From: Parcubacteria bacterium SG8_24
Lineage (GTDB): Bacteria; Patescibacteriota; Patescibacteriia; SG8-24
Reading direction: 5' to 3'
Length of the DNA stretch: 59,499 nt
Assembly: GCA_001303185.1 (NCBI GenBank)
Contig: LJNP01000002.1
Coordinates: 1-59,499, forward strand
Position numbers and translations under genes: made by a program. The notes beneath the pieces were generated by a model. That model ran no database searches. It worked only from the letters and a program-made list of their open reading frames with translations, and was not told the DNA's origin. The stretch's first letter is position 1; every line of letters starts with the position of its first letter. This document shows, piece by piece, positions 28,944 to 37,954 of the stretch.

Positions 28944-29456
28944 TCACTTCGAGAGGACGGCGCCGGCCTTCTTCGTCTTCTGAGCTTCGGTCTCCGAGAA
29001 CTCCCCCTCCAGCTTGAGCGCCGGCTTGTTGATCGTCTCCTCCTTGGATGACATGGAGGGCGCCTTCGTCTCACCGGTCGTCTCGCCCATGGAGATCCGG
29101 CCGTTGATCGCGGCCCCGCTGGCCACCACCAGGTTCTTGGTCCGGATATCCCCGGAGATTCGAGCCGAAGGCTCCAACTCGAGCTTACCGGTGATGGTGA
29201 TATTGCCGCAGACCTCGCCGGCCACGACCGCGTTTGAGGCGAAGACATCCGCCGATATCCTGGCCTGTTCACCTACCCGCAGGTCCTTCTCGGTCCGCAG
29301 GCTCCCTTCGACGCCTCCCTCGATAAGGACATTGCCCTGACTTACGAAATCACCCTCGACCTTGACGGAGGCGGAGATGATCGTCTCGGGCTCGAGGCCC
29401 GTATCCTTGTTAGGCATAACGTTCTTCTGATGAAACATAAATTTATAAAAAATCAC
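28944..29456 (-). CDS. Bactofilin-family cytoskeletal protein
   Basis: Beta-helical repeat core: ISASVKVEGDFVSQGNVLIEGGVEGSLRTEKDLRVGEQARISADVFASNAVVAGEVCGNITITGKLELEPSARISGDIRTKNLVVASGAAINGRISM. Start uncertain (GTG 29456 or ATG 29438). Confidence 0.8.
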   Translation of the reverse strand: MIFYKFMFHQKNVMPNKDTGLEPETIISASVKVEGDFVSQGNVLIEGGVEGSLRTEKDLRVGEQARISADVFASNAVVAGEVCGNITITGKLELEPSARISGDIRTKNLVVASGAAINGRISMGETTGETKAPSMSSKEETINKPALKLEGEFSETEAQKTKKAGAVLSK

Positions 29457-29526
29457 CTGGCGCCGGAGCTCCCGGAAGGGCGTCAGGACCGAAGGTCCGA
29501 CGCGGCTTCTCGGCCAGCGCGGGGTG

Positions 29527-29554
29527 ATTATACCACCGGTGATAAGGCTGTCAA
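29527..29554 (-). promoter_or_regulatory. Consensus sigma70 promoter of the bactofilin gene
   Basis: Minus strand TTGACA-16 nt-TATAAT with a TGg extension, immediately after the stop of the kinase gene. Confidence 0.8.
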
Positions 29555-29562
29555 AAACCCCT

Positions 29563-31164
29563 TCAGGAGAGCGGGATGCGGAAGCCGACGGTCGAACCCT
29601 TGCCGCGCCCTTCGGACTGTATCACCATCTCGCCCCCGTGTCCTTCGATGATCTTGTTGGCGATATGCAGGCCCAATCCCGACCCGCCGGTCTCCTCGAA
29701 CTTGACCTCCTTGAGCCCTTCACGGATCACCCTCATGATGTTGTTCTTCTCCCGCTCATCCAGGCCGCGGCCGGTATCGGTCACCAGGAAGACGAGGTGG
29801 TCACCCTCCTCATGGGCGGTGAGCCGGATACTGCCTTCATCGGTATATTTGATGGAATTATCGATCAGGTTGACCAATACGTGGAACATCTTGCCGCTGT
29901 CGATCATGACCGGCGGCAGCCCGAGAGGCAGTTCCATGACCATCTCCAGCCTCTTCCGATCGGCGGCCGGCTGTAGCTGTTTGACGACGCGCTCCACCAG
30001 CTGCTGCAGCGGCGCCCGCGTCTTGTAGAAATCGAAGGAGCCGGATTCTATCTTGGTCACGTTAAGGAAGGTCTCGATGGTCTGCTGCAGCCTTTCCAGG
30101 GCATCCACGTTGACCCGCATGATCGATTCCTGCTGGTCGGTAAGCTTGCCGAAATCACCATCGATCATCATGTAGAGATAGCTGCGGATGCCGCCGAGCG
30201 GCGCCCGCATCTGATGCGAGGCGAAGGAGACGAACCTGGTCTTCATCTTGTCGGCCTCGATCAGCCGGCCGTTCATCTGCATGATCTGTTCGTTGAGCGT
30301 CTCGATCTCCCGCAGGCGGCGCACCTCGTTGATCAGCGACTTGAGCGTCAGTACGCCGAAGAACACCAGGACCACCAGAAGGACGAGACGGAAGGTCAGG
30401 TCCAGGATCGACTCCGAGACCACCATGTCCGTCGCGATGACCGAGATAGTGAGCATGATGAAAAGCTCCACGCCGACCATCTTCAGGTCAAGGATGATGC
30501 TCTTCTTGACGGCCGAGGCGATGGTCAGCAGCATGCCGCCGACCAGGGCGATATTGGCGATCCAGAACGTCTCCGTATCCTGCGCCGCCGATGACATGGA
30601 CAGTACGGCGAAGATCGAGTTGAAGGCGACTACGGCACCGATCGCCGCGGCAGCCAGGCGTGTCCGGTCATAAAGCGGCCGTTTCTGGCGCGAGGCATAG
30701 ACGAAGGTCCCCAAAGTGGCCAGGAAGAACAGGGCGAAGTGATAGGTCAAGGTGACCCGACCCGGACCGAACTGGGTGGACACGTCGTTTAACAGGAAGA
30801 CCACCCGATCCGAGAAGAACACGAAGAGCAGGATGACCAGGTTCGGCAGGAGGGCCGCTGTCTGCAGCCAGAGCGCCGGCAGACGGTTGGTGGAGAGGGT
30901 CGTACCGAAGAAAAAGAAGAGGACCGGGAGGAGGGAGCCGACGAACAGCAGCATCCTCAGCCAGAACAGGATATGGCGCGGCTCGTCGACCGACTGCCAG
31001 AGGGCGTAGGAGAAGAACCACAAGGATACCGCCATCAGCAGGGCGCCGAAGGTGATGTTGACGGGGCGTTCCCGGTCGTCGAGATAGACCCAGGTGGCCA
31101 AGCCCAGCGACAGGATGCCGGCCAGCAGGGTGTTGTGCGTGATGAGCAGTTCGAAAATCGGCAT
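29563..31164 (-). CDS. Sensor histidine kinase with multi-TM N-terminal sensor
   Basis: About 7 N-terminal TM spans. H-box FVSFASHQMRAPL, N-box DNSIKYT, G-boxes DTGRGL and GGSGLGLHIA. Confidence 0.9.
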   Translation of the reverse strand: MPIFELLITHNTLLAGILSLGLATWVYLDDRERPVNITFGALLMAVSLWFFSYALWQSVDEPRHILFWLRMLLFVGSLLPVLFFFFGTTLSTNRLPALWLQTAALLPNLVILLFVFFSDRVVFLLNDVSTQFGPGRVTLTYHFALFFLATLGTFVYASRQKRPLYDRTRLAAAAIGAVVAFNSIFAVLSMSSAAQDTETFWIANIALVGGMLLTIASAVKKSIILDLKMVGVELFIMLTISVIATDMVVSESILDLTFRLVLLVVLVFFGVLTLKSLINEVRRLREIETLNEQIMQMNGRLIEADKMKTRFVSFASHQMRAPLGGIRSYLYMMIDGDFGKLTDQQESIMRVNVDALERLQQTIETFLNVTKIESGSFDFYKTRAPLQQLVERVVKQLQPAADRKRLEMVMELPLGLPPVMIDSGKMFHVLVNLIDNSIKYTDEGSIRLTAHEEGDHLVFLVTDTGRGLDEREKNNIMRVIREGLKEVKFEETGGSGLGLHIANKIIEGHGGEMVIQSEGRGKGSTVGFRIPLS

Positions 31165-31173
31165 ATCCTGGAA

Positions 31174-32823
31174 TTATTTCCCCCGGGGAATGCGGTTGGC
31201 CGCCGGCAACATGATGACCATGGTGGTGCCCTTGCCGGGAGCCGTCTTGACGACACTGATGTCGCCGCCCATACGCTTCAGGAAGGTGTGGGTTATGTAC
31301 AGGCCGAGACCGGTCCCGGTCTCTCCGGTTATCTTGCGTGAGGTGCGGGCCCGATAGTGCCTCTTGAAGGCGTTCTTGGCTTCCCGCGCGTTCATGCCGA
31401 TGCCGGTATCCTCAATATACAGCTTGACGTGCTTCCTGTCCTCGTCCACCTGGAGCCGCACGGTGATCTTCCCCTTGGGGGTGAACTTCAGCGAATTGTC
31501 GATGACGTTGCTCAATACCTCGATCAACTTCTCCTCATCCACCAGGACCTTCGGCGGATCGTCCTCCGGCCGGACGAAATTCAGATCGACTTCCCGCTGC
31601 TTGGCCTTGAAGGACAGCTCTTCCATGACGGTATCGATGACCTTCAGCAGGTCGGTCGGCTCGAGCTCGATATCCAGACCGCCGCGCTCTATCCGCGACA
31701 GGTTGAGCATGTTGTTGATCATGCGGACCAGCCGCTGGTTCATCTCGTACATCTGGTCGACCTTGTCCCGCATGGAGCCGCCGATCTCGCCGTAAGCCCC
31801 GTCCCGCATCAGGGAAAGGTATCCTTTCATGACTGATACCGGCGTCCGCAGCTGATGCGAGGCTATCGAGATGAACTCGTTTTTGGCCGCATCGAGATCC
31901 ACCAGCCGCTCGTTGGCCCGTCGGTACTTGTCGGTCACCACCTGCAGCTTCTCCATCCGCACCGCCTCCTTCCTCAGACTGTGGATCAGCAGGACGCTGA
32001 GGACGACCACGAAAACGAACGTCGTCATCTCATAGATCAGCTCGTGGGTCGTGGCCGAGAAGGCCATATCCACTACGAAGAACAGCAGCAGTCCGGCGAT
32101 GAGCGTCTCCGACGCCAGGATCTTGATATTGAGCAGCTCGTACTTGGCTACGGCGTAAGCCGTGATCAGGACGAAAATGAGGCCGCTTAACGGTCCCCAG
32201 TGCTGCATGGCGTATTCGCCGTAGATGAAGGGTAGGATGATGTTAGTGAGCGTACCGAAAGCGATGCCCCAGATGAAGGCGAACAGGAAGGCTCCGGCCT
32301 GCTGCCGCTCCCTGCCCGATAGGCAGCTCGGCCGGCAGAAACTCAGCTTCAGCACGGTGATGACCATGGCCGAGACGGAAAAGATGATGAAATGGGCCGC
32401 CCAGTAGGGATACAACGGGCCGAAAAGGGTGATCCGATCCAGGCCGCGGATGATCTCGTTGTTGCTCACCAGATCGCTGGTCATGGTCACCGCGAAAAGC
32501 ACGAAGGTGAACAGGCCGAGGGCGAACTGGACCCCGGAAGGTATGCGGAACGTCTTGCGGGGGAAAAGATAGGAGAAAATGAAGGCCGAGTAGGCCAGGA
32601 GCGTGGTCACGGCGAAATTCAGGCGTCCGACCAGGATCACCGCTGCCGCGTCCGTGAGCAGATAGAAGAAATATAGGGTTAGCACCCAGGAGGCGATGGA
32701 GACAGTGAAGAACATGAAGGCCCGGGCGATGGTGTCCCGCGGCCGCCGGCTGAACACCAAAAGACCCACCAGGAAGGCCAGGAAAGCCGTAATGAAATAG
32801 TTGATCTGGTAGAGGAACGGCAT
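31174..32823 (-). CDS. Sensor histidine kinase with multi-TM N-terminal sensor (paralogue of 29563-31164)
   Basis: About 7 N-terminal TM spans. H-box FISIASHQLRTPV, N-box DNSLKFT, G-boxes DTGIGM and GTGLGLYIT. A 9-nt gap separates it from the downstream paralogue. Confidence 0.9.
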   Translation of the reverse strand: MPFLYQINYFITAFLAFLVGLLVFSRRPRDTIARAFMFFTVSIASWVLTLYFFYLLTDAAAVILVGRLNFAVTTLLAYSAFIFSYLFPRKTFRIPSGVQFALGLFTFVLFAVTMTSDLVSNNEIIRGLDRITLFGPLYPYWAAHFIIFSVSAMVITVLKLSFCRPSCLSGRERQQAGAFLFAFIWGIAFGTLTNIILPFIYGEYAMQHWGPLSGLIFVLITAYAVAKYELLNIKILASETLIAGLLLFFVVDMAFSATTHELIYEMTTFVFVVVLSVLLIHSLRKEAVRMEKLQVVTDKYRRANERLVDLDAAKNEFISIASHQLRTPVSVMKGYLSLMRDGAYGEIGGSMRDKVDQMYEMNQRLVRMINNMLNLSRIERGGLDIELEPTDLLKVIDTVMEELSFKAKQREVDLNFVRPEDDPPKVLVDEEKLIEVLSNVIDNSLKFTPKGKITVRLQVDEDRKHVKLYIEDTGIGMNAREAKNAFKRHYRARTSRKITGETGTGLGLYITHTFLKRMGGDISVVKTAPGKGTTMVIMLPAANRIPRGK

Positions 32824-32852
32824 CAGGACCGGTTCTTATCGGGCCGTCGCGC

Positions 32853-33695
32853 CTAGAGCCAAGCCTCGAGACGCAGCCGGAACAGCTCCGGGAACCCGCC
32901 GGGAGGCAGGGCGTCACGGGCCAGCGCGAAATAAGGGATCATGGACAGACAACAGCCCACTTCGCCCTCGCCGACCTCGATGGAGGTGAGGGCGACGAAC
33001 ACTTTCTTACATTCTACACCTTGAGTGCTGGCTACGGCCAGTACGCTGCCGGCCAAGGCACGCAGGATCTGGTTCTTGGTGCCGAGAGGCTCGGCGGCCA
33101 TATCGGGCGTGAAGGTGCCGGTATCTTCCATCAGGACCGTCATCCTGGAACCCTCGCTCGTACCTATCCCCAGGCCGCAGGCGGCATAGATGGTGCCCGG
33201 CTCGGCGCTGGTGATGTATTTGGCTGCGACCGGACAGAGTGTCCCGGGGGACAGGGGGAAACGCCGGTCTTCAATCGTGCCGAAAAGGCCCGCCGCCGCC
33301 TCGATCAGCGGTTCGGCGTTGTATACCGGAACCTCCGATTCCGCCATGTCAGGCAGCGTGAACAGCGGCGAGACCGCATCCAGGGAGGTCGGGCGGACCA
33401 CGTCATATCCCCAAAGCAGGCCGTGCGGCCCGCAGAAAGAGGAAACACCGATCATATTGATCCGTCCCAGGTTCATCCGGGAGACCTCGGCCAGATCGAA
33501 GGCGTTGATGCGGTCGAGCAGGTCCGATCCGGCGTGACTGAATCTCCGGACCGTCTTGGCCGAAGCGACGTTGACCGCGATGAAATAACGATCGTTGTCG
33601 CGGGCACCCTGGCACAGGTGCTGATGGGTGCTGACGTACCGCTCGCCGTCTCCGGCTGCACTTTTCATCTGTTCTTCGTTCGGATAGGTGGACAT
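32853..33695 (-). CDS. Pyruvoyl-dependent histidine decarboxylase (HdcA) family homologue
   Basis: LGRINMIGVSSFCGPHGLLWGYDVV and PLFTLPDMAESEVPVYNAEPLIEAAAGLFGTIEDRRFPLSPG align, from memory, with Lactobacillus 30a HdcA (IGQINMTTASSFTGVQGRVIGYDI; PLFTETQWDGSELPIYDAKPLQDALVEYFGTEQDRRHYPAPG). The Ser-Ser self-cleavage site is conserved at residues 86/87 (nt 33438-33443). Confidence 0.65.
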   Translation of the reverse strand: MSTYPNEEQMKSAAGDGERYVSTHQHLCQGARDNDRYFIAVNVASAKTVRRFSHAGSDLLDRINAFDLAEVSRMNLGRINMIGVSSFCGPHGLLWGYDVVRPTSLDAVSPLFTLPDMAESEVPVYNAEPLIEAAAGLFGTIEDRRFPLSPGTLCPVAAKYITSAEPGTIYAACGLGIGTSEGSRMTVLMEDTGTFTPDMAAEPLGTKNQILRALAGSVLAVASTQGVECKKVFVALTSIEVGEGEVGCCLSMIPYFALARDALPPGGFPELFRLRLEAWL

Positions 33696-33702
33696 CACTT
33701 GA

Positions 33703-33708
33703 ATTATA
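33703..33708 (-). promoter_or_regulatory. -10 box (TATAAT) 7 nt upstream of the hdcA-like ATG
   Basis: Minus strand TATAAT-tcaagtg-ATG with no SD. The -35 region lies inside the preceding terminator and is weak. Confidence 0.5.
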
Positions 33709-33709
33709 C

Positions 33710-33733
33710 TAAAAACTCCCGCTAAGCGGGAGT
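33710..33733 (-). terminator. Rho-independent terminator after the GNAT-like gene
   Basis: Minus strand ACTCCCGC-TTA-GCGGGAGT followed by TTTTTAG. Confidence 0.75.
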
Positions 33734-33752
33734 TGAGGTCGGGTCGGCACCG

Positions 33753-34436
33753 TCAGGACTTGAGCCGTTCGGCGATCAGGTCCCGGGCCACGGCAGGTGC
33801 GGTGCGGAAACGGCGCCAGCCGTTCTTGAGGTCGTCGCCCATGAACACGTGATCGTCCGGATCATGGAAATCATAGATGAGACGCAGACCGTAACCGACC
33901 ATGAGCGGATAGAGCCGGCTGCGACGCGATGTCCAGAAGCAGCCGAAGTTGGCCCCGGCACGGCGCGCCCGGGAGAGCGGTTCGATCACCAGTCCGATGA
34001 TCGGCTCCAGGCCGCCGCGATACTCCGGGATGATCCCAAGTTCGCGGTAGACGACCAGTTTGGCCTTCGGCCCGGCGATCCAGGAAAGGTGCTTCCTGAA
34101 ACCCTCGAGGTGCTGCCGTCCCTGGAAGGACGGCGGCAGGTCACGGACGGTCAAAGAATCCAGGGGCTCACACAGGAGCGCCAGCGACAGTCCGGCCACC
34201 TGGCCGCCGAACCGCCAGAGCGTCAGGCAACAACGGTCGGCCTCCGGAGCCGTCTCCTCGAAGAGCTTGCGACGGACCTGCGCTTCGGTCCAGCTCTCGT
34301 TCCACTCATCGGCGCCGGCGGCGTTGAATATCCTGATGTAGGCCTCGATCGTCTCGGCGGCGACCGTGGGGTCGGCAGCGGCGTCGGAGAGTCGGTGGAC
34401 CTCGAAGGCGGTCTTCGTTCTCTTTCGCTTGCTCAT
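33753..34436 (-). CDS. GNAT-like acetyltransferase-fold protein (tentative)
   Basis: AAGGAG-6 nt-ATG at 34436 avoids the overlap with argS. YRELGIIPEYRGGLEPIIGLVIEPLSRARRAGA resembles GNAT motif A. The N-terminal half is not recognisable. Confidence 0.4.
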   Translation of the reverse strand: MSKRKRTKTAFEVHRLSDAAADPTVAAETIEAYIRIFNAAGADEWNESWTEAQVRRKLFEETAPEADRCCLTLWRFGGQVAGLSLALLCEPLDSLTVRDLPPSFQGRQHLEGFRKHLSWIAGPKAKLVVYRELGIIPEYRGGLEPIIGLVIEPLSRARRAGANFGCFWTSRRSRLYPLMVGYGLRLIYDFHDPDDHVFMGDDLKNGWRRFRTAPAVARDLIAERLKS

Positions 34437-34540
34437 GCTCGTCTCCTTACGGCGTATCGATATCGAAAAGACCGAAAAAGGCGTCGGCTCAGTGCGACGC
34501 CCCAGATTAACACGGGCCGAATCACCGGTCAATCGACCTG

Positions 34541-36241
34541 TCACATCTCGTCCGGCGCGCCGATGCCGAGAAGCCCCAAACCCTCGGCCAGGACGCTCCG
34601 GGCGGCCCGGGCGATGAGCACCCGCCGCCCGCGGTCCGGCTCCTCGGCCGCCAGCACCGGGACATCCCGATAGAAACTGCTGGTGACCTGAGCCAGCTCG
34701 AACAGGTATTGCGCCAGCAGTGAGGGACGGTGTCCGGCGGCAGCAGCAGCGACAGTCTCGGGAAAATCGGCCAATCGGCGCACCAGGGAATATTCGGCCT
34801 CAGGGGACTCTCCCGCCGACCAGGAACCTTCCTGTCCTGCGGTCTTGGACAGGATGGAACTCAAGCGGGCGTGGGCATACTGGACATACGGACCGGTGAA
34901 ACCGTCAAAAGAGATCGCTTCCTCTATATCGAAGACGATCGGCTTGTCCGGATCCTGCTTGAGCATGCCGAACTTCATGGCACCTTCGGCGATCGTCCAG
35001 GCCGCCCGATCGATCCGCTCTCCGCCCCAGTCGGGGTGGCGCTCCTGAGTCTCCTGTCGGGTACGCCGCAGCATCTCGTCACGGAAATCCCGGTAGGTGA
35101 CCACGTTGCCGGAACGCGAGGACATCGCCCCCTCCTTAAGGGTGACGAACTCATAGGAGAGATGCTCCAGCTCCTTGTCGAAACCCATCCGGCGTAACGT
35201 GGCGAAGAATTGGCGGAAATAGAGCGACTGCCTGGTGTCGACCACGTGGACGCTCTTGGATATCCCGGTGAATTCCCGGAACTTCAGCTGGGCCAGCGCC
35301 AGCTCCTTGGTGGCATAAAGTGCCGCACCGTCTGATTTGAGGATCAGGAAGACGCCCAGATCCTCGTCCTCGAGATCGACCACGACGGCACCCTGACTCC
35401 TCTTGGCCACACCCTCCTTAAGCAGTTCCTGGGCCAGGCGCTTGCCCTCCTCCTCGACCTCTGATTCGTAATAGACGCGCTCGAAGGTGGCGCCGAGTTC
35501 TTTGAAGATGGCCTCAAACTCGTCCAGGCTCCAGCGGCGGGTCCTCTCCCAGAGTGACCACCAAGTCCCGTCGCGCGCCTCCAACAGCCGCTGCACTTCC
35601 GAGACCTCCTCCTTGAGTTCGGGATGTTCCTCGACCTCCCGCGTGGCTTCCGTATAGATCGCCCCCAGGAACTTGCCCTTGTCTTCGGGTATCTGATCAT
35701 CAAGATGCCATCGCCGGTAAGCCCAAAGGATCCTGGCCACATGGGCCCCGACGTCACCGATGTAGCTGACCGGGATGACCTGTCGGCCGACCGACCGCTC
35801 GAGCAGCACCACGGACAGTCCCAGGCTGACGTTACGCAGATGGCCGACATGGAATTCCTTATGCGTGTTGGGCTGACCGTACTCGATCATGACCTTCTCG
35901 TCGCCGTGGACCCGGAGACCGCCCAGCGGACCGGCCCCCGCCAGGATATCCTCCACCGCCTGACGCATGAAGGCGGCGCGGTCAAACCGGAAATTCACGT
36001 AGGGTCCGGCGGCCTCGGCGGAGGCGATCAGGCCGTCGGGCTTACAGCTCTCGGCCAACTCCCGGGCTATCTCCACCGGCGGCTTGCGCAGATCCTGAGC
36101 CAATCGGAAACAGGGAAAGGCCAAATCGCCCCAATCCGGTTGCGGCGGGGTCTCGAGCTCCTCGATATGAACCGGAGCGCCGTCCAAGGCGGCGCTTAGT
36201 CTCTCCACTATCCCCTTTTTTGCCTCAGACAAAACCGTCAT
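34541..36241 (-). CDS. argS: Arginine--tRNA ligase
   Basis: HIGH-type HVGHLRN, KMSKS-type MSSRSG and a C-terminal anticodon-binding DALR-like region. 566 aa. Confidence 0.93.
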   Translation of the reverse strand: MTVLSEAKKGIVERLSAALDGAPVHIEELETPPQPDWGDLAFPCFRLAQDLRKPPVEIARELAESCKPDGLIASAEAAGPYVNFRFDRAAFMRQAVEDILAGAGPLGGLRVHGDEKVMIEYGQPNTHKEFHVGHLRNVSLGLSVVLLERSVGRQVIPVSYIGDVGAHVARILWAYRRWHLDDQIPEDKGKFLGAIYTEATREVEEHPELKEEVSEVQRLLEARDGTWWSLWERTRRWSLDEFEAIFKELGATFERVYYESEVEEEGKRLAQELLKEGVAKRSQGAVVVDLEDEDLGVFLILKSDGAALYATKELALAQLKFREFTGISKSVHVVDTRQSLYFRQFFATLRRMGFDKELEHLSYEFVTLKEGAMSSRSGNVVTYRDFRDEMLRRTRQETQERHPDWGGERIDRAAWTIAEGAMKFGMLKQDPDKPIVFDIEEAISFDGFTGPYVQYAHARLSSILSKTAGQEGSWSAGESPEAEYSLVRRLADFPETVAAAAAGHRPSLLAQYLFELAQVTSSFYRDVPVLAAEEPDRGRRVLIARAARSVLAEGLGLLGIGAPDEM

Positions 36242-36242
36242 G

Positions 36243-37454
36243 TCATTTTGCCTTGACCCTCACGAAATGACGCTTGCCTTTCTGGATGAGCCGACCTGCG
36301 GCGGACACCTCGACCGTCGCCGCCTCGTCGTCGACGATCTCCCCCTCGACCCTGATGCCCTTCTGGGCTATCAGACGGCGGGCTTCGCTCTTCGACCCGG
36401 CCAGACCGGACTCCACCAGAAGTTCGATGACCGGACGGACCCCACCGGCGGTGGCCGTCTCCGGCACCTCGTCCGGCACCCCCTTCTCCCGAAATACCTT
36501 CCGGAAATGCCCCTCGGCCTGACGGGCGGCCTCCTCCGAGTGGTAGGCGGTCACGATCTCCGCGGCCAGGCGCGCCTTGGCGTCGCGCGGATTCATCTCA
36601 CCCCGGCCGCAACGGTCCCGCATGTTGTCGATCTCGACCTCGTCCACGTCGGTGACCAGCAGGTAATAGTCCCAGAGCACCGCGTCAGGTATGGACATGA
36701 CTTTGCCGTAGATCTCCTCCGGCGGCTCGTCGATGCCGATATAGTTATCGAGCGACTTGGACATCTTGCGGACGCCGTCAGTACCGACCAGGATCGGACC
36801 GATCAGCATGACATCCTGCGGTTCGTGTCCCATCTTCCGCTGCAGTTCCCGGCCGGCCAGGATATTGAACCGCTGGTCGGTGGAACCCATCTCCACGTCG
36901 GCCTCGACCATCACCGAATCGTAGGCCTGCATCATCGGATAGAGCAGTTCATGCATGTGGATATCGATTCCCTCGTTCAGCCGGTTCTCGAAATCGTCCC
37001 GTTCGATCATCCGGGCCACGGTGAACTTCGAGGTGAGGGAGATGATGTCGGCGAAAGCCATCCGGGAGAACCACTCGCTGTTGTGACGGACCTCAGCCTT
37101 GTCGACATCGAGTATCTTGCCGATCTGGGCGAGATAGGTGGCGGCATTATCCTTGACTTCGTCCTCGGTGAGCATCGGCCGCGTCCTGGACTTGCCGGTC
37201 GGATCACCGACCCGGGCCGTATAGTCACCGACGATGAAGACGATCTGATGTCCCAAGTCCTGGAACTCCTTGATTTTCTTGAGCGTCAACGTGTGACCCA
37301 GATGGATATCGGGGGCGGTCGGGTCGAAACCCAGCTTGATCCGCAACGGCTTACCCGAAGCCAGCCGCTGCCGCAGGCTGTCCTCACCTATCACCTCGAC
37401 GACCCGCCGCCGCAACAGGTGTTCGATCCTGTCCTGGTCCTTATCCTGTGCCAT
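36243..37454 (-). CDS. tyrS: Tyrosine--tRNA ligase
   Basis: HLGHTL (HIGH), KMSKSL and a C-terminal S4 domain RRLIAQKGIRVEGEIV. The stop is 1 nt from the argS ATG (TGAcATG). Confidence 0.93.
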   Translation of the reverse strand: MAQDKDQDRIEHLLRRRVVEVIGEDSLRQRLASGKPLRIKLGFDPTAPDIHLGHTLTLKKIKEFQDLGHQIVFIVGDYTARVGDPTGKSRTRPMLTEDEVKDNAATYLAQIGKILDVDKAEVRHNSEWFSRMAFADIISLTSKFTVARMIERDDFENRLNEGIDIHMHELLYPMMQAYDSVMVEADVEMGSTDQRFNILAGRELQRKMGHEPQDVMLIGPILVGTDGVRKMSKSLDNYIGIDEPPEEIYGKVMSIPDAVLWDYYLLVTDVDEVEIDNMRDRCGRGEMNPRDAKARLAAEIVTAYHSEEAARQAEGHFRKVFREKGVPDEVPETATAGGVRPVIELLVESGLAGSKSEARRLIAQKGIRVEGEIVDDEAATVEVSAAGRLIQKGKRHFVRVKAK

Positions 37455-37462
37455 ATGAGAGC

Positions 37463-37491
37463 AGTGTAAAGCGGAATAAGCGGGCTGTAAA
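37463..37491 (-). promoter_or_regulatory. Sigma70-like promoter of tyrS-argS, leaderless geometry
   Basis: Minus strand TTTACA-17 nt-TACACT. The -10 box ends 8 nt before the tyrS ATG and there is no SD. Confidence 0.6.
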
Positions 37492-37624
37492 GCGCCAAAG
37501 CGGCGGGCTGCCCTGACCGATCCGACCCCGCGCCTCCGCCCCGGAAGCTGTCCGCACCTTGACGGATGGGTGGTCGTATCGTATCCTGAGACGTTCGGAC
37601 CTTACGAACAGATCGGAGTCGGAC

Positions 37625-37954
37625 ATGGGAGCGCTCGCTTCGACGCTGCATCAGCTGCTCGTGCCCTCATCGTACTTTCATCTCGCCTGGTTCCTGATCT
37701 CCCTGACGCTGCTCTTCTCCTGCAGCCGGGCCGTCCGGCGCGGTACTGAAGGGTGCCGCACCTTCGCCTCGTTCATGGCCTGTTTTCATGCCTTAGTGGC
37801 CCTGGAGGCGGCCCTGCTCGTGGCCTGGGGACTCAAGAGTCGGGAGGTCTTCTCAGAAAACTGCATCTGGTTCAACCTGCTGCTCACCCTGGTCTACTAC
37901 CGGCTGCGGCGGCAAGCGGCGACCACCGAAACCAGTTCAAAGACCCCGTCCTGA
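37625..37954 (+). CDS. Small hypothetical membrane protein
   Basis: Three hydrophobic spans (YFHLAWFLISLTLLFS; FMACFHALVALEAALLVAWGL; IWFNLLLTLVYY). Followed directly by a terminator. Start is ATG 37625 or the track's 37559. Confidence 0.4.
   Translation: MGALASTLHQLLVPSSYFHLAWFLISLTLLFSCSRAVRRGTEGCRTFASFMACFHALVALEAALLVAWGLKSREVFSENCIWFNLLLTLVYYRLRRQAATTETSSKTPS

Noticed and set aside
37455-37640. A possible T-box leader upstream of tyrS, and likewise upstream of valS and argS
   Set aside because: The tyrS -10 box ends 8 nt before the ATG, which leaves no room for a T-box. I saw no T-box consensus (AANNNGGTGGTACCGCG-like) on the minus strand. The valS leader is about 27 nt, and argS follows tyrS with a 1-nt gap.
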